64,000 bases of DNA, from assembly GCA_963711565.1 (NCBI GenBank), contig CAVQEQ010000003.1, positions 864,001 to 928,000 on the forward strand, given 5' to 3'. The notes beneath the pieces are model-generated. The model worked only from the letters and a program-made list of their open reading frames with translations. It ran no database searches and was not told where the DNA came from. Positions 18,271 through 27,147 of this stretch are shown here, piece after piece. Position 1 is the stretch's first letter; the number at the start of each line of letters is the position of its first letter. The position numbers and the translations under genes were made by a program. This DNA comes from an uncultured delta proteobacterium. GTDB lineage: Bacteria > Desulfobacterota > Binatia > Binatales > Binataceae.

Positions 18271-19449
18271 TTACCGGCTCGCCACCGTAGTCATCTCGCC
18301 CATCCGCGCCACCAGATACTCCGGCTGCCCATCATGCCATACGCGGAATTGCACGCGCTGGCCGGGGGAATACTGTGCGACAAGTTCGTCCAACGACTTG
18401 CCGTCGGGAACCGTACTGCCGCCGAACTCGCTGATCACGTCGCCCGCCCTGATTCCCGCTTTGTCCGCCGGCGACCCAATCAGCACCGCCTTCACCTTCG
18501 CTCCCCAAACCGCGGGCGCCGACGCCGTCGTCACGCCAAAAAATGCCGGCCCCTGCGCCTGCCGCACATCGGGATGCAGAAAATGAACCCGATTCACGCC
18601 GTTCACAGTGTGCACGATTTGCGAGATCTTGCGCGCCTCATCCAGGCTATAGACTTCGCCCGCCAGGTACGCGTCGCCATGCTTTGACACGGACACGCCG
18701 ATATCGGTAAACGCGCGCAGCTTGAGCGTATCCTTAATCCGCGCCTCCAACACGTCAGGCTTGACGATGTGCGGCGCCGCTTGAGCGTCGTTGTCCGGGA
18801 CGATCACCAATGTCGAGATCAGGTCGTCCGCCACGCTCATCAGCGAAGAGGCCTTCAGCGCCGGCGTCGGGATACTCTGCGCCATCAACAAGGGCGGATG
18901 GTTGTTGACGATCGGTACGCGCATCACGAGGACCGCCACCAGCACCATCAAGCCGGTGCCCATCGCGGTGAACGCGTAGTCGCGCACCAGCGCACGACGA
19001 CTCGCCGCGAGCGGCACGACGTCTATCTCGCTGGCTTCATCTCCGTCTTCTTCGGTCGCGGCACTCTCGAGCGTCGTCTCCTCGGGAAAATCTTCGTCGT
19101 ATGCTTGCTCGGCGGCCGCGATACGCTCGAGTTCTTCGAGTGTGCGCGGAATGCCGTCGATCAGCGCGACGATATCTTCGCCCGCCGGCATCGCGGCGTT
19201 CGCTTCGTCGCGCTGAGCGGAAACACTCGCGCTCGCGCTGTCATCTGCCGAATCGAGATCGCTTGTCGTCGTTCCTTCGCCCTCACGTTTGGCCGCGGTC
19301 GAAAAATCAACGTGATGGACGTTGGACTCCGCTCCAGTCTCGCCCCAAGTTTGTCCGCCAGCTTCACCCCGCTTGCGCTTGAAACGCCTGAGCGCTTCTT
19401 CCAGCGTCAAGATGGTGTCCGTTGGCTGGCCGCCTCCGTTCCTGCTCAT
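18271..19449 (-). CDS. Single-pass membrane protein with acidic N-terminus, BON domain and C-terminal PDZ domain
   Basis: TM at FTAMGTGLMVLVAVLV; BON-like DIGVSV..AYLAGEV..VNGVNRV; PDZ FFGV..GSPADKAGIRAGDVI; AGGAGG RBS before 19449. Confidence 0.8.
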   Translation of the reverse strand: MSRNGGGQPTDTILTLEEALRRFKRKRGEAGGQTWGETGAESNVHHVDFSTAAKREGEGTTTSDLDSADDSASASVSAQRDEANAAMPAGEDIVALIDGIPRTLEELERIAAAEQAYDEDFPEETTLESAATEEDGDEASEIDVVPLAASRRALVRDYAFTAMGTGLMVLVAVLVMRVPIVNNHPPLLMAQSIPTPALKASSLMSVADDLISTLVIVPDNDAQAAPHIVKPDVLEARIKDTLKLRAFTDIGVSVSKHGDAYLAGEVYSLDEARKISQIVHTVNGVNRVHFLHPDVRQAQGPAFFGVTTASAPAVWGAKVKAVLIGSPADKAGIRAGDVISEFGGSTVPDGKSLDELVAQYSPGQRVQFRVWHDGQPEYLVARMGEMTTVASR

Positions 19450-19598
19450 CGCAGCACCGCCTCCTTGTCGATTTGGCACTCCTGAAGTTGATCGAAGTGT
19501 CACACTACAGATAGCAGGGATTTGCGACCTAAGCCAACCATGGATCGCGTTGCTGTCAACCGCCACAGCCAGGCGCTGCTGGAATTATCTAACTACCG

Positions 19599-20930
19599 TT
19601 AGATAGCTTCGCTCACCGCGTCTTCGCGCTGCGACGGCTTGGGCCGCGTCGCGATCGCCGTGTAATGCCGCATCGACTCGCCGACGTACACCTGCCGCGG
19701 CCGCGCGATCTTCTGCTCCGTATCGCGCACCATCTCCGCCCATTGCGCCATCCAGCCCAACGTCCGCGGTATCGCGAACAGCACAGGGAACATCGTCATC
19801 GGGAACCCCATCGCCTGGTAGATAATCCCCGAATAGAAATCCACGTTCGGATACAGCTTGTGCGAGATGAAATAGTCGTCCTGCAGCGCGATTCGCTCCA
19901 GCTCGATCGCAATATCGATCAGCGGATTGCGCCCCGTCACCGCGAACACCTGCGCCGCCATCTCCTTCAGAATCTTCGCCCGCGGATCGTAGTTCTTGTA
20001 CACCCGATGCCCAAAGCCCATCAGCTTGCGCTCGCCCTCCTTCACCTTCCTGATCATCGCCGGCACATTCGCCACCGACCCGATTTCCATCAGCATCCGG
20101 ATCGCCGCCTCGTTCGCGCCGCCGTGCAGCGGGCCGTACAGCGCCGCGATCGCCGCGGCCGCGCATGCGTACGGATCGGGCTGCGAGCTGCCCACCGCGC
20201 GCATCGCATTAGTCGAGCAGTTCTGCTCGTGGTCCGCGTGCAGGATAAACAGCACGTCGAGCGCGCGCTCGAGCACCGGGTTCGGCTTGTACTTGAGCTC
20301 GGTCATCTTGAACAGCATCGACAGCAGATTCCCGGTGTAACTGAGATCGTTGTCCGGATAGACATACGGGAGTCCCCTCGTATGCCGAAAGGCGAACGCC
20401 GCCAGCGTCGGTATTTTGCCGATCATCCGCCGCGTTTGCAGGCGGCGCGATTCGAGATCGTGAATATCGTTCGCATCGGGATAAAAGGTCGACAGCGCGC
20501 CGACCGTGCCGACCAGCATTCCCATCGGATGCGCGTCGTAGCGGTATCCCTCCATGAACTTCTTGATATTCTCATGCACCATCGTGTGAATCTTGATGTT
20601 GTTTTCCCAGCGCGCGTAATGCTCCCGGTCGGGCAGCTCGCCCTTCACGATCAGGTACGCAACCTCGAGGTAGTTGCTCTTCTCGGCCAGCTCCTCGATC
20701 GGATATCCGCGGTAGCGCAGGATTCCCTTGTCGCCGTCGATAAACGTGATCCGACTGCGACACGACGCCGTATTAGTGAACGCCGGATCGTAAGACATGA
20801 GCCCAAAATCATCCTTGCCGACTTTGATCTGCCGCAAATCCGCTGCCCGAATCACGTCGCCCTCTTCGATCGGCAGCTCATATTTCTTCCCGGTCCGATT
20901 ATCAGTAACCGTCAGCGTATTATTAGCCAT
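19599..20930 (-). CDS. gltA: Citrate synthase (type II)
   Basis: SRITFIDGDKGILRYRGYPIEEL, HADHEQNCST, GPLHGGANE, GFGHRVYKNYDPRA, YPNVDFYSG. Confidence 0.97.
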   Translation of the reverse strand: MANNTLTVTDNRTGKKYELPIEEGDVIRAADLRQIKVGKDDFGLMSYDPAFTNTASCRSRITFIDGDKGILRYRGYPIEELAEKSNYLEVAYLIVKGELPDREHYARWENNIKIHTMVHENIKKFMEGYRYDAHPMGMLVGTVGALSTFYPDANDIHDLESRRLQTRRMIGKIPTLAAFAFRHTRGLPYVYPDNDLSYTGNLLSMLFKMTELKYKPNPVLERALDVLFILHADHEQNCSTNAMRAVGSSQPDPYACAAAAIAALYGPLHGGANEAAIRMLMEIGSVANVPAMIRKVKEGERKLMGFGHRVYKNYDPRAKILKEMAAQVFAVTGRNPLIDIAIELERIALQDDYFISHKLYPNVDFYSGIIYQAMGFPMTMFPVLFAIPRTLGWMAQWAEMVRDTEQKIARPRQVYVGESMRHYTAIATRPKPSQREDAVSEAI

Positions 20931-21161
20931 CGACGATGCCTCGATTTGTCCGTGACGTTTGGCCGTTCAACATAAATACAGTTTGCGAATACAGTATGCG
21001 GCAACTGTAATTCTATGTCCAAGCCCAAGATCAGTTTTCCGCACCTCCAGTTCGCCTGCCACTCCCTCTCCATCTTGTCCTCTTCCCTCGGAAATGTTTC
21101 CGGGTAACCTTGGGTGCCCCTAACGATCTGGAGATCTGCCACCGTCACCGGAGACTGCCCT

Positions 21162-22037
21162 GTGACCAACACCTACACTCTGACCGCTGAACAGCGCGAC
21201 ACGTTCAAGCGATCCGGCATCTTGCGGCTCGATGGCCTCTTGCCGGCGCAGCGCGTGCGCCACGCGCGCGAAGCAGTGTTGCGGCCTCTTGAGCGGCTGG
21301 GACTTTGGCAGGCCGGTGCTTGGCGCCTCGACGCTATGCCCCGACCGCAATGGCCGGACACGGGACTGAAAACGTCCCAAGTTATCGGCAACCGGCATCC
21401 CGAGCTGGCGGCGCTGGTCGAGGATTCCGCCCTCGCGGCCGCCGTCGATGCGCTGCTCGAGGGACACCCATACGAGCGGCCCGGACCCAACCGGCGTCCC
21501 CAGGTGCTCTTCACCTTGCCGAACGCACAGACGTGGACCGTTCCATCCGGCTGGCATTCTGACCGTCCGCGGCTGGCGAGCGGCCAAAGCGCCGGCGTGC
21601 AGTTGTTCGCCTTCCTCGATGTGGTCGAAGCGCGCGGCGGCGGCACCTTGGCCATCGCAGGTTCGCATCACCTGCTGAATGAGGGGCGAGCGATCAGACC
21701 TTCGCAGTTCGGGAGGCTCCTTCGCCCCAAGCCGTTCTTCGCCGACCTGATGGTCGCGGACACGGCGGCGGACAGTCTGCAGCGCCGCGCGGACCTGCTT
21801 CAGCGGACCGGCGCTGTCGGCAATGTGCAGCTGCAGATCGTGGAGATGACCGGCGCTCCGGGCAACGTCTGGCTGATGGACTTGCGTGTGCTGCACGTGG
21901 GCAGCCCCAACGCCGCGGACCGCCCGCGCATGATGCTCACCTTTCGCTACGAGCGCTCAGACCTCTTGCCCGAAGTAGCAAGCGCCTTCGGCTGGCGCCG
22001 AGCTGCGATTCCCAACTCAGCCCGCAACCTCGCCTAA
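21162..22037 (+). CDS. Phytanoyl-CoA dioxygenase family (2OG-Fe(II)) protein
   Basis: LTAEQRDTFKRSG, WHSD (HxD), GGTLAIAGSH, VLH..N...PRMM; GTG start after GGAG. Confidence 0.82.
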   Translation: MTNTYTLTAEQRDTFKRSGILRLDGLLPAQRVRHAREAVLRPLERLGLWQAGAWRLDAMPRPQWPDTGLKTSQVIGNRHPELAALVEDSALAAAVDALLEGHPYERPGPNRRPQVLFTLPNAQTWTVPSGWHSDRPRLASGQSAGVQLFAFLDVVEARGGGTLAIAGSHHLLNEGRAIRPSQFGRLLRPKPFFADLMVADTAADSLQRRADLLQRTGAVGNVQLQIVEMTGAPGNVWLMDLRVLHVGSPNAADRPRMMLTFRYERSDLLPEVASAFGWRRAAIPNSARNLA

Positions 22038-22180
22038 ATCGCGTCGAGCCGAACCTTCATCCAGCACCAGATAACCGATCTGGTTATCTCGAAATCCTCA
22101 CAATGCGGCCGGCCGCCTCGCCCGTTAACGGCCAGAGTCGGCCCCGAGCTAGGCCGCTCAAACGACACAAGAGACAGCTG

Positions 22181-22208
22181 GGATTCTTCGCTTCGCTCTA
22201 GAATGACA
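22181..22208 (-). repeat. REP-like element, GTCATTC..GAGCGAAGCGAAGAATCC family
   Basis: Reverse complement TGTCATTCTAGAGCGAAGCGAAGAATCC; related copy TGTCATTCAGAGCCGCCGCGGCGAAGAATCC at 42818-42848. Confidence 0.65.
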
Positions 22209-22262
22209 CAGGGAAGAGAACCTGAGAGCGAAAAGTTGTCCTCAACATTTCGCGCTTCCACT

Positions 22263-22317
22263 GGGTGCAGGGGTCACCCCCTGCCGAAGGAAGCGTGAAA
22301 CCCACCGCGGGTTTCAC
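22263..22317 (+). repeat. 54-bp double-hairpin intergenic repeat, copy 2
   Basis: Identical to 18187-18240 except one extra C. Confidence 0.88.
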
Positions 22318-22402
22318 TGCGATCACGCCCCCTGCTCGCAACCGGCGCCGCGGCATGCCACTCTGTCCGCTTGCGCTTTCACCATAAAAGCGCAGCGAAC
22401 CT

Positions 22403-23038
22403 ATGATCGATAAACTTATCTCCGGCGTATCCGCTTTCATCGTCGCGACGATTTCCGCTCTCGGCTACGGCGGCGTCGTCCTGATGATGGCGATCGAAAG
22501 CGCATGCATCCCGCTGCCCTCCGAAATCATCATGCCGTTCTCCGGCTACCTGGTCGCGACCGGCCGCTTCGATCTGTACCTGGTCGCGCTGGCCGGCGCC
22601 GTCGGATGCCTGCTCGGCTCGTACGTCGCGTACTTCGTCGGCCAGTACGGTGGCCGCCCGTTCATCGAGCGCTACGGCAAGTACGTCCTCATCGCGGAGC
22701 ACGAGCTCGAAATCGCCGACCGCTTCTTCGACCGCTGGGGTTCGCACACCGTCTTCTGGAGCCGGATGCTGCCGATGATCCGCACGTTCATCGCGTTTCC
22801 CGCCGGCGTGTCGCGGATGCGGCTCCTGCCGTTCACCATATACACGCTGCTCGGCTCATATATATGGTGCCTCGCGCTGGCGTACGGCGGGATGAAGCTC
22901 GGGCAGCACTGGAAGGATCTCGCGCCCTACTTTCATCGCTTTGACGCGTTGATCGCGATACTGTTTGTAGTCGGCGTCGCCGCCCTCATCTACAATCGGG
23001 TGAGGGGAATGACGTCGTCATCGCCCGCCGCCAACTGA
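22403..23038 (+). CDS. DedA family membrane protein
   Basis: IESACIPLPSEIIMPFSG, GGRPFIERYGK, RMLPMIRTFIAFPAG. Confidence 0.93.
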   Translation: MIDKLISGVSAFIVATISALGYGGVVLMMAIESACIPLPSEIIMPFSGYLVATGRFDLYLVALAGAVGCLLGSYVAYFVGQYGGRPFIERYGKYVLIAEHELEIADRFFDRWGSHTVFWSRMLPMIRTFIAFPAGVSRMRLLPFTIYTLLGSYIWCLALAYGGMKLGQHWKDLAPYFHRFDALIAILFVVGVAALIYNRVRGMTSSSPAAN

Positions 23039-23062
23039 GCGCCTCGCGATCGAAAGGAACCA

Positions 23063-23308
23063 ATGGCCGACAAAGAAATTCCCGACCCTTCCGAGCTCGA
23101 GGAAATTTTCACCAGCATCGATCCGACCCCGATCCGAATGGCGCGCGATTACCTCAACGTCGCCGGCATCGAGTCGTTCGTCTTCGATGCGGGCTCGTCG
23201 CGGATGCTCGGCACGACGGCCGCCGTGCCGACGCGCCTGATGGTTCATCGCGACGCCGCCAAGGACGCGCGCGACCGCCTGAACGATCTCGGCTTCACCG
23301 AAAAGTGA
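23063..23308 (+). CDS. Small DUF2007-like (putative signal transducing) protein
   Basis: MARDYLNVAGIESFV..RLMVHRDAAKDAR pattern; AAGGA RBS. Confidence 0.7.
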   Translation: MADKEIPDPSELEEIFTSIDPTPIRMARDYLNVAGIESFVFDAGSSRMLGTTAAVPTRLMVHRDAAKDARDRLNDLGFTEK

Positions 23309-23405
23309 TCTTCCAGAATCCCGATCCCGACAAACTGATCCATATCTACGCGCACTTCGACGCTACGCTGATCCCAATCGCACGACGCTCGTCTCTCCGG
23401 GTTTC

Positions 23406-23434
23406 TTGACTGTGTACATATTTGTGGATACAAC
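23406..23434 (+). promoter_or_regulatory. Putative sigma70 promoter with overlapping operator for brnTA (probably leaderless)
   Basis: TTGACT-N17-TACAAC, ATG 6 nt later; imperfect inverted repeat TGTGTACA..TGGATACA in the spacer. Confidence 0.6.
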
Positions 23435-23439
23435 TCTTG

Positions 23440-23709
23440 ATGGACTTCGAGTGGGATGAAAATAAGCGCACGATGAATTTGCGCGTGCACGGCCTCGATT
23501 TGATGGACGCGACACGGTTGTTCGATGGTCGGCCGGTATACGCGTACCCATCCCCCAGGCATGGAGAAGAACGCTTCGTAACTGTGGGCTGGTTGGCCGG
23601 AAAATTCTTCGCTGTCGTGTGGACCGAACGCTCGAAGGCCATACGGCTTATCTCGTTCAGGAGGGCAAGAGATGCGGAAGAACGAAAATATTTCGCGCTT
23701 TTCGGCTGA
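23440..23709 (+). CDS. brnT: BrnT family toxin
   Basis: MDFEWDENK..N...HG, EERFVTVG, VWTER..IRLISFRRA. Confidence 0.92.
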   Translation: MDFEWDENKRTMNLRVHGLDLMDATRLFDGRPVYAYPSPRHGEERFVTVGWLAGKFFAVVWTERSKAIRLISFRRARDAEERKYFALFG

Positions 23710-24022
23710 CACGATCAAACGAAAACTTGCGCACGGCGAGAGCAGGAGCGACTGGAAGCGGGTCAAGGCCATGTCGCGCGCGGAACTCGAACGGCTGGCG
23801 GACAGGGACGAAGGGCCTCTGCCCGACGACTGGGAGAGCGGGGTGACGGTTGGCTTGCCGCCGGCAAAGCAGGACATTCACATCCGCCTGGATGGCAACG
23901 TCCTTGAATGGTTCAAGGCGCACGGCAGAGGCTACCAGACGCGCATCAATGCCGTGCTTCGTGCCTTCGTTCAGACGCGAGAACGCGTCAACCGCAAGAG
24001 CGTCCGAAATAGCGCACGGTGA
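23672..24022 (+). CDS. brnA: BrnA family antitoxin
   Basis: SDWKRV, IRLDGNVLEWFKAHGRGYQTRINAVLR; overlaps brnT. Confidence 0.92.
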   Translation: MRKNENISRFSADTIKRKLAHGESRSDWKRVKAMSRAELERLADRDEGPLPDDWESGVTVGLPPAKQDIHIRLDGNVLEWFKAHGRGYQTRINAVLRAFVQTRERVNRKSVRNSAR

Positions 24023-24147
24023 AACGAGAACCAATATCCTCCCCCTGCTGAACTGCCTCTGTACGCCACCCTCGTCGTCCATTATCTTGAAGCCGAAACG
24101 CGCAGGCGCGATGCCGCGCGAATTCATCGAGCACCGAGGTTATCGCG

Positions 24148-25308
24148 ATGCCTTACGCCGAAGGTCGTATCTTCAACGACGCCGACAGCCACATCATGGA
24201 GACGCGCGACTGGCTGATCTCTCACGCTGACCCCGACATCCGCACCAAGCTGCATCCGCTCGCAATCGGCTCGGGTGGCAGGTTGGTCGATAGGGCGGTC
24301 GCACATGCCGACGAACGCCACAAGAATCCGGCCGCCGTCGCCGACGCGGAACAGAACCTGATGCTGCGCAAGGGATGGGAAGCGCTCGGCGCATTCGATC
24401 CCGACGAGCGGCGGCGCGCGCTCGACCTGCTCGGCTTCAGCTCGCAGTTGGTCTTCACTACTTTCGCGATCACGCATTTCTGGGGCGAGTTCGAGCAGGT
24501 TCGCTCGACGCCCGAAGTCCTTTACGGCGGCACGCGCGCGCACAATCGCGCCATCGCCGATTTCTGCCGCGGCGACAAGCGGCTGCTCGCGGTCGGCTTC
24601 GTGCCGCTCGACATTCCCGAACTCGCCGAAAAGGAAATCGACGAGGCGGTTCGACTGGGATGCGCCGCGATTCATATCCCGTCGCTGCCGCCCGCGAAAA
24701 AATCTCCGACGCATCCCGACTTCAACGGCGTGTGGGCGCGCCTGCAGGACGCCGACGTTCCCTTCATGCTGCACGTGGGCGGCGGCGGCCGCGCGATCCC
24801 GCGCGCATTTCACAACAACGATCGCCCGGTGACCGACTTCCTCGGCGGCGGCGAAAACATCCGCTCGAAGGATTTCATGGCGATCCACATGATGCCGGAA
24901 ATTTTTCTCTCGACGATGGTGTTCGACGGCATCTTCGAGCAGTTCCCGCGGCTGCGCGGCGGATGTATCGAGCAAGGCGCGATGTGGATCGTGCCGTGGC
25001 TGCGCCGCCTCGACATCTCGCAGGAGACGTTCGTGAAGTCGGAAAAATATTTGAGCCTGCCGATGAAGGCGTCCGACTACGTGCGCCGCAACCTGCGCTT
25101 CACGCCGTATCCGCATGAACCGGTGGGATGGATCGTCGAGCAGGCCGGCCCGGAGCTGTGCATGTTCTCCTCGGACTACCCGCACATCGAGGGCGGGCGC
25201 AATCCGCTGAAGCGCTTCGAGCTGTCAACGCCGAATCTGTCGGAGACCGCGCGGGAGAAGTTCTACGCCACGAACTACGCGGACATGATGGGCTCGCGCG
25301 CCGCCTGA
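24148..25308 (+). CDS. Amidohydrolase_2 family protein
   Basis: DADSHIME, MLHVG, IEQGAMW, FSSDYPHIEG. Confidence 0.9.
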   Translation: MPYAEGRIFNDADSHIMETRDWLISHADPDIRTKLHPLAIGSGGRLVDRAVAHADERHKNPAAVADAEQNLMLRKGWEALGAFDPDERRRALDLLGFSSQLVFTTFAITHFWGEFEQVRSTPEVLYGGTRAHNRAIADFCRGDKRLLAVGFVPLDIPELAEKEIDEAVRLGCAAIHIPSLPPAKKSPTHPDFNGVWARLQDADVPFMLHVGGGGRAIPRAFHNNDRPVTDFLGGGENIRSKDFMAIHMMPEIFLSTMVFDGIFEQFPRLRGGCIEQGAMWIVPWLRRLDISQETFVKSEKYLSLPMKASDYVRRNLRFTPYPHEPVGWIVEQAGPELCMFSSDYPHIEGGRNPLKRFELSTPNLSETAREKFYATNYADMMGSRAA

Positions 25309-25316
25309 TCGACGCG

Positions 25317-26885
25317 ATGGCTCTACAGTGGTGGCAGCGCGCCGTCTTCTATCAGATCTATCCGCGCTCGTTTGCCGATTCTAACGGCGACGGCATCGGC
25401 GACCTCGACGGCGTCACCACGCATCTCGACTACCTCCAGTCGCTGGGCATCGACGCCATCTGGCTGAACCCGATCAACCCGTCGCCGCTCGACGATTGGG
25501 GCTACGATATCAGCGACTACCGCGGGATTCATCCGGACCTTGGCGATCTCGCCGCGTTCGATCGTCTTCTGGCGGAAGCGCATCGCCGCGGCATCCGCGT
25601 GATCGTCGATCTGGTGCCCAACCATACTTCGAATCAGCATCCGTGGTTCATCGAGTCGCAATCGTCGCACACGAATCCAAAGCGCGACTGGTACATCTGG
25701 ATTCCCGGCACGCACGATCGTCCGCCGACCAACTGGGAGAGCTACTTCGGCGGCGGTACGTGGAAGTATGAGCCCTCTACTGCGGCGTGGTACCTGCACA
25801 TGTTCCTCGAGCAGCAGCCCGACCTGAATTTTCGAAACCCGGAGGTGGTCGAGGCGATTCACGGCGTCATCCGCTTCTGGCTCGAGCGCGGCGCCGACGG
25901 TTTTCGCATCGACGTGGTGCAGGGGATGATCAAGGACGATCAGCTTCGCGACAATCCGGTTCGCGTCACGCGCGACCCCGATATCCCGTGGTACGCCGAG
26001 GGCTCGCAGGACCCGCTCTACAGTTCGGACCGGCCCGAGATTCACGAAATCATTCGCGGGTTCCGCCGCGTCTCGGACAGTTACGACGATCGGATGCTGG
26101 TAGGCGAGACCTGGCCGCGCGAGCAGGAACGGCTGGCCGACTACATCCGGCCCGACGAGCTGCAGCTCGCGTTCAATTTCCGCTTCCTTCTCGCGCGCTA
26201 CGACGCGCACCGCTTCCGCGCGGCAATCGAGCTGACTGAAAAATCATTTGGACCCGGCGCGTGGCCGACCTGGACGCTGTCGAATCACGACTTCCCGCGC
26301 CACATCACGCGTTACGCTCGCGGTGGCGACGCCGACGCGCGCGCACGCGTCGCGGCGGTGATGCTGCTGGCGCTGCGCGGCACTCCGTTCATTTACTACG
26401 GCGAAGAAATCGGGATGCGCGATGCGGAAGTCCCGGCGGGCAGCAAACGCGATCCGGTGGGACGCGACGGCTGCCGCTCGCCGATGCAATGGTCCGACGC
26501 GCGCAACGGCGGATTTTCCGCGAGCGAGAAAACGTGGCTGCCATGCGGAGACTTCAAGACCGTCAACGTCGCGCGGCAGTTGAATGATCCGCACTCGATG
26601 CTCTCGCTGTATCGGCGGCTGATCCAACTCCGCAAATCGACGCCGGCGCTGCTCGAAGGAAGTTATCGCGCCTTCGAGGGCGCGCCCGAAGATTGTCTCG
26701 TGTTCCATCGCGACACGCCCGCGCAGCATATTGTCGTCGCGCTGAACTTCACCGCCGACCCGCGCCAGATCGATTTGCCCGCCGGCACAATTCTGCTGAG
26801 TACGGTTTCCCGCAGCTCGTATCTAACGAAATCGTCGCTGACGCTAGCGCCAAACGAAGCCGTGATTGTGATGCTCGATGTCTGA
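25317..26885 (+). CDS. GH13 alpha-glucosidase / oligo-1,6-glucosidase
   Basis: WWQRAVFYQIYPRSFADSNGDGIGDL, VPNHTS, QPDLN, DGFRIDV, GET, SNHD, YYGEEIGM, RDGCRSPMQW. Confidence 0.93.
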   Translation: MALQWWQRAVFYQIYPRSFADSNGDGIGDLDGVTTHLDYLQSLGIDAIWLNPINPSPLDDWGYDISDYRGIHPDLGDLAAFDRLLAEAHRRGIRVIVDLVPNHTSNQHPWFIESQSSHTNPKRDWYIWIPGTHDRPPTNWESYFGGGTWKYEPSTAAWYLHMFLEQQPDLNFRNPEVVEAIHGVIRFWLERGADGFRIDVVQGMIKDDQLRDNPVRVTRDPDIPWYAEGSQDPLYSSDRPEIHEIIRGFRRVSDSYDDRMLVGETWPREQERLADYIRPDELQLAFNFRFLLARYDAHRFRAAIELTEKSFGPGAWPTWTLSNHDFPRHITRYARGGDADARARVAAVMLLALRGTPFIYYGEEIGMRDAEVPAGSKRDPVGRDGCRSPMQWSDARNGGFSASEKTWLPCGDFKTVNVARQLNDPHSMLSLYRRLIQLRKSTPALLEGSYRAFEGAPEDCLVFHRDTPAQHIVVALNFTADPRQIDLPAGTILLSTVSRSSYLTKSSLTLAPNEAVIVMLDV

Positions 26886-27036
26886 CAGTGGGTCATTTCA
26901 GCAACTAAGGTCCTCCACCCGCCGCTCTGGGAAGAGCGTCGGCCTCCCCCAACGAAAGGGGGAGGCGAAGATTCGATTCTCTCCGCATTGACACAGCGCT
27001 CGCGCAAAAGGCTGCCCCAGCATTTTGCGCTTCGCC

Positions 27037-27084
27037 GGGTGCAGGGGTCACCCCTGCCGCGGGCGCGGGGCGCGCAGCCCCGCA
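27037..27084 (+). repeat. Variant of the GGGTGCAGGGG double-hairpin repeat
   Basis: First hairpin GGGTGCAGGGGTCACCCCTGCCG identical to copy 1; second hairpin replaced by GCGGGG..CCCCGC. Confidence 0.7.
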
Positions 27085-27147
27085 TTCAAATTCCTCGCTG
27101 CTCTTTCCCGTTTGCGTGCGGGCGACGCGGTTCATAACATCACCGCC

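Noticed and set aside
25128-25316. N-terminal extensions in the ORF track (also 17214, 27025, 35206, 40011, 43797, 44696, 62886)
   Set aside because: They overlap neighbouring genes or repeats; downstream starts match family N-termini and RBS placement
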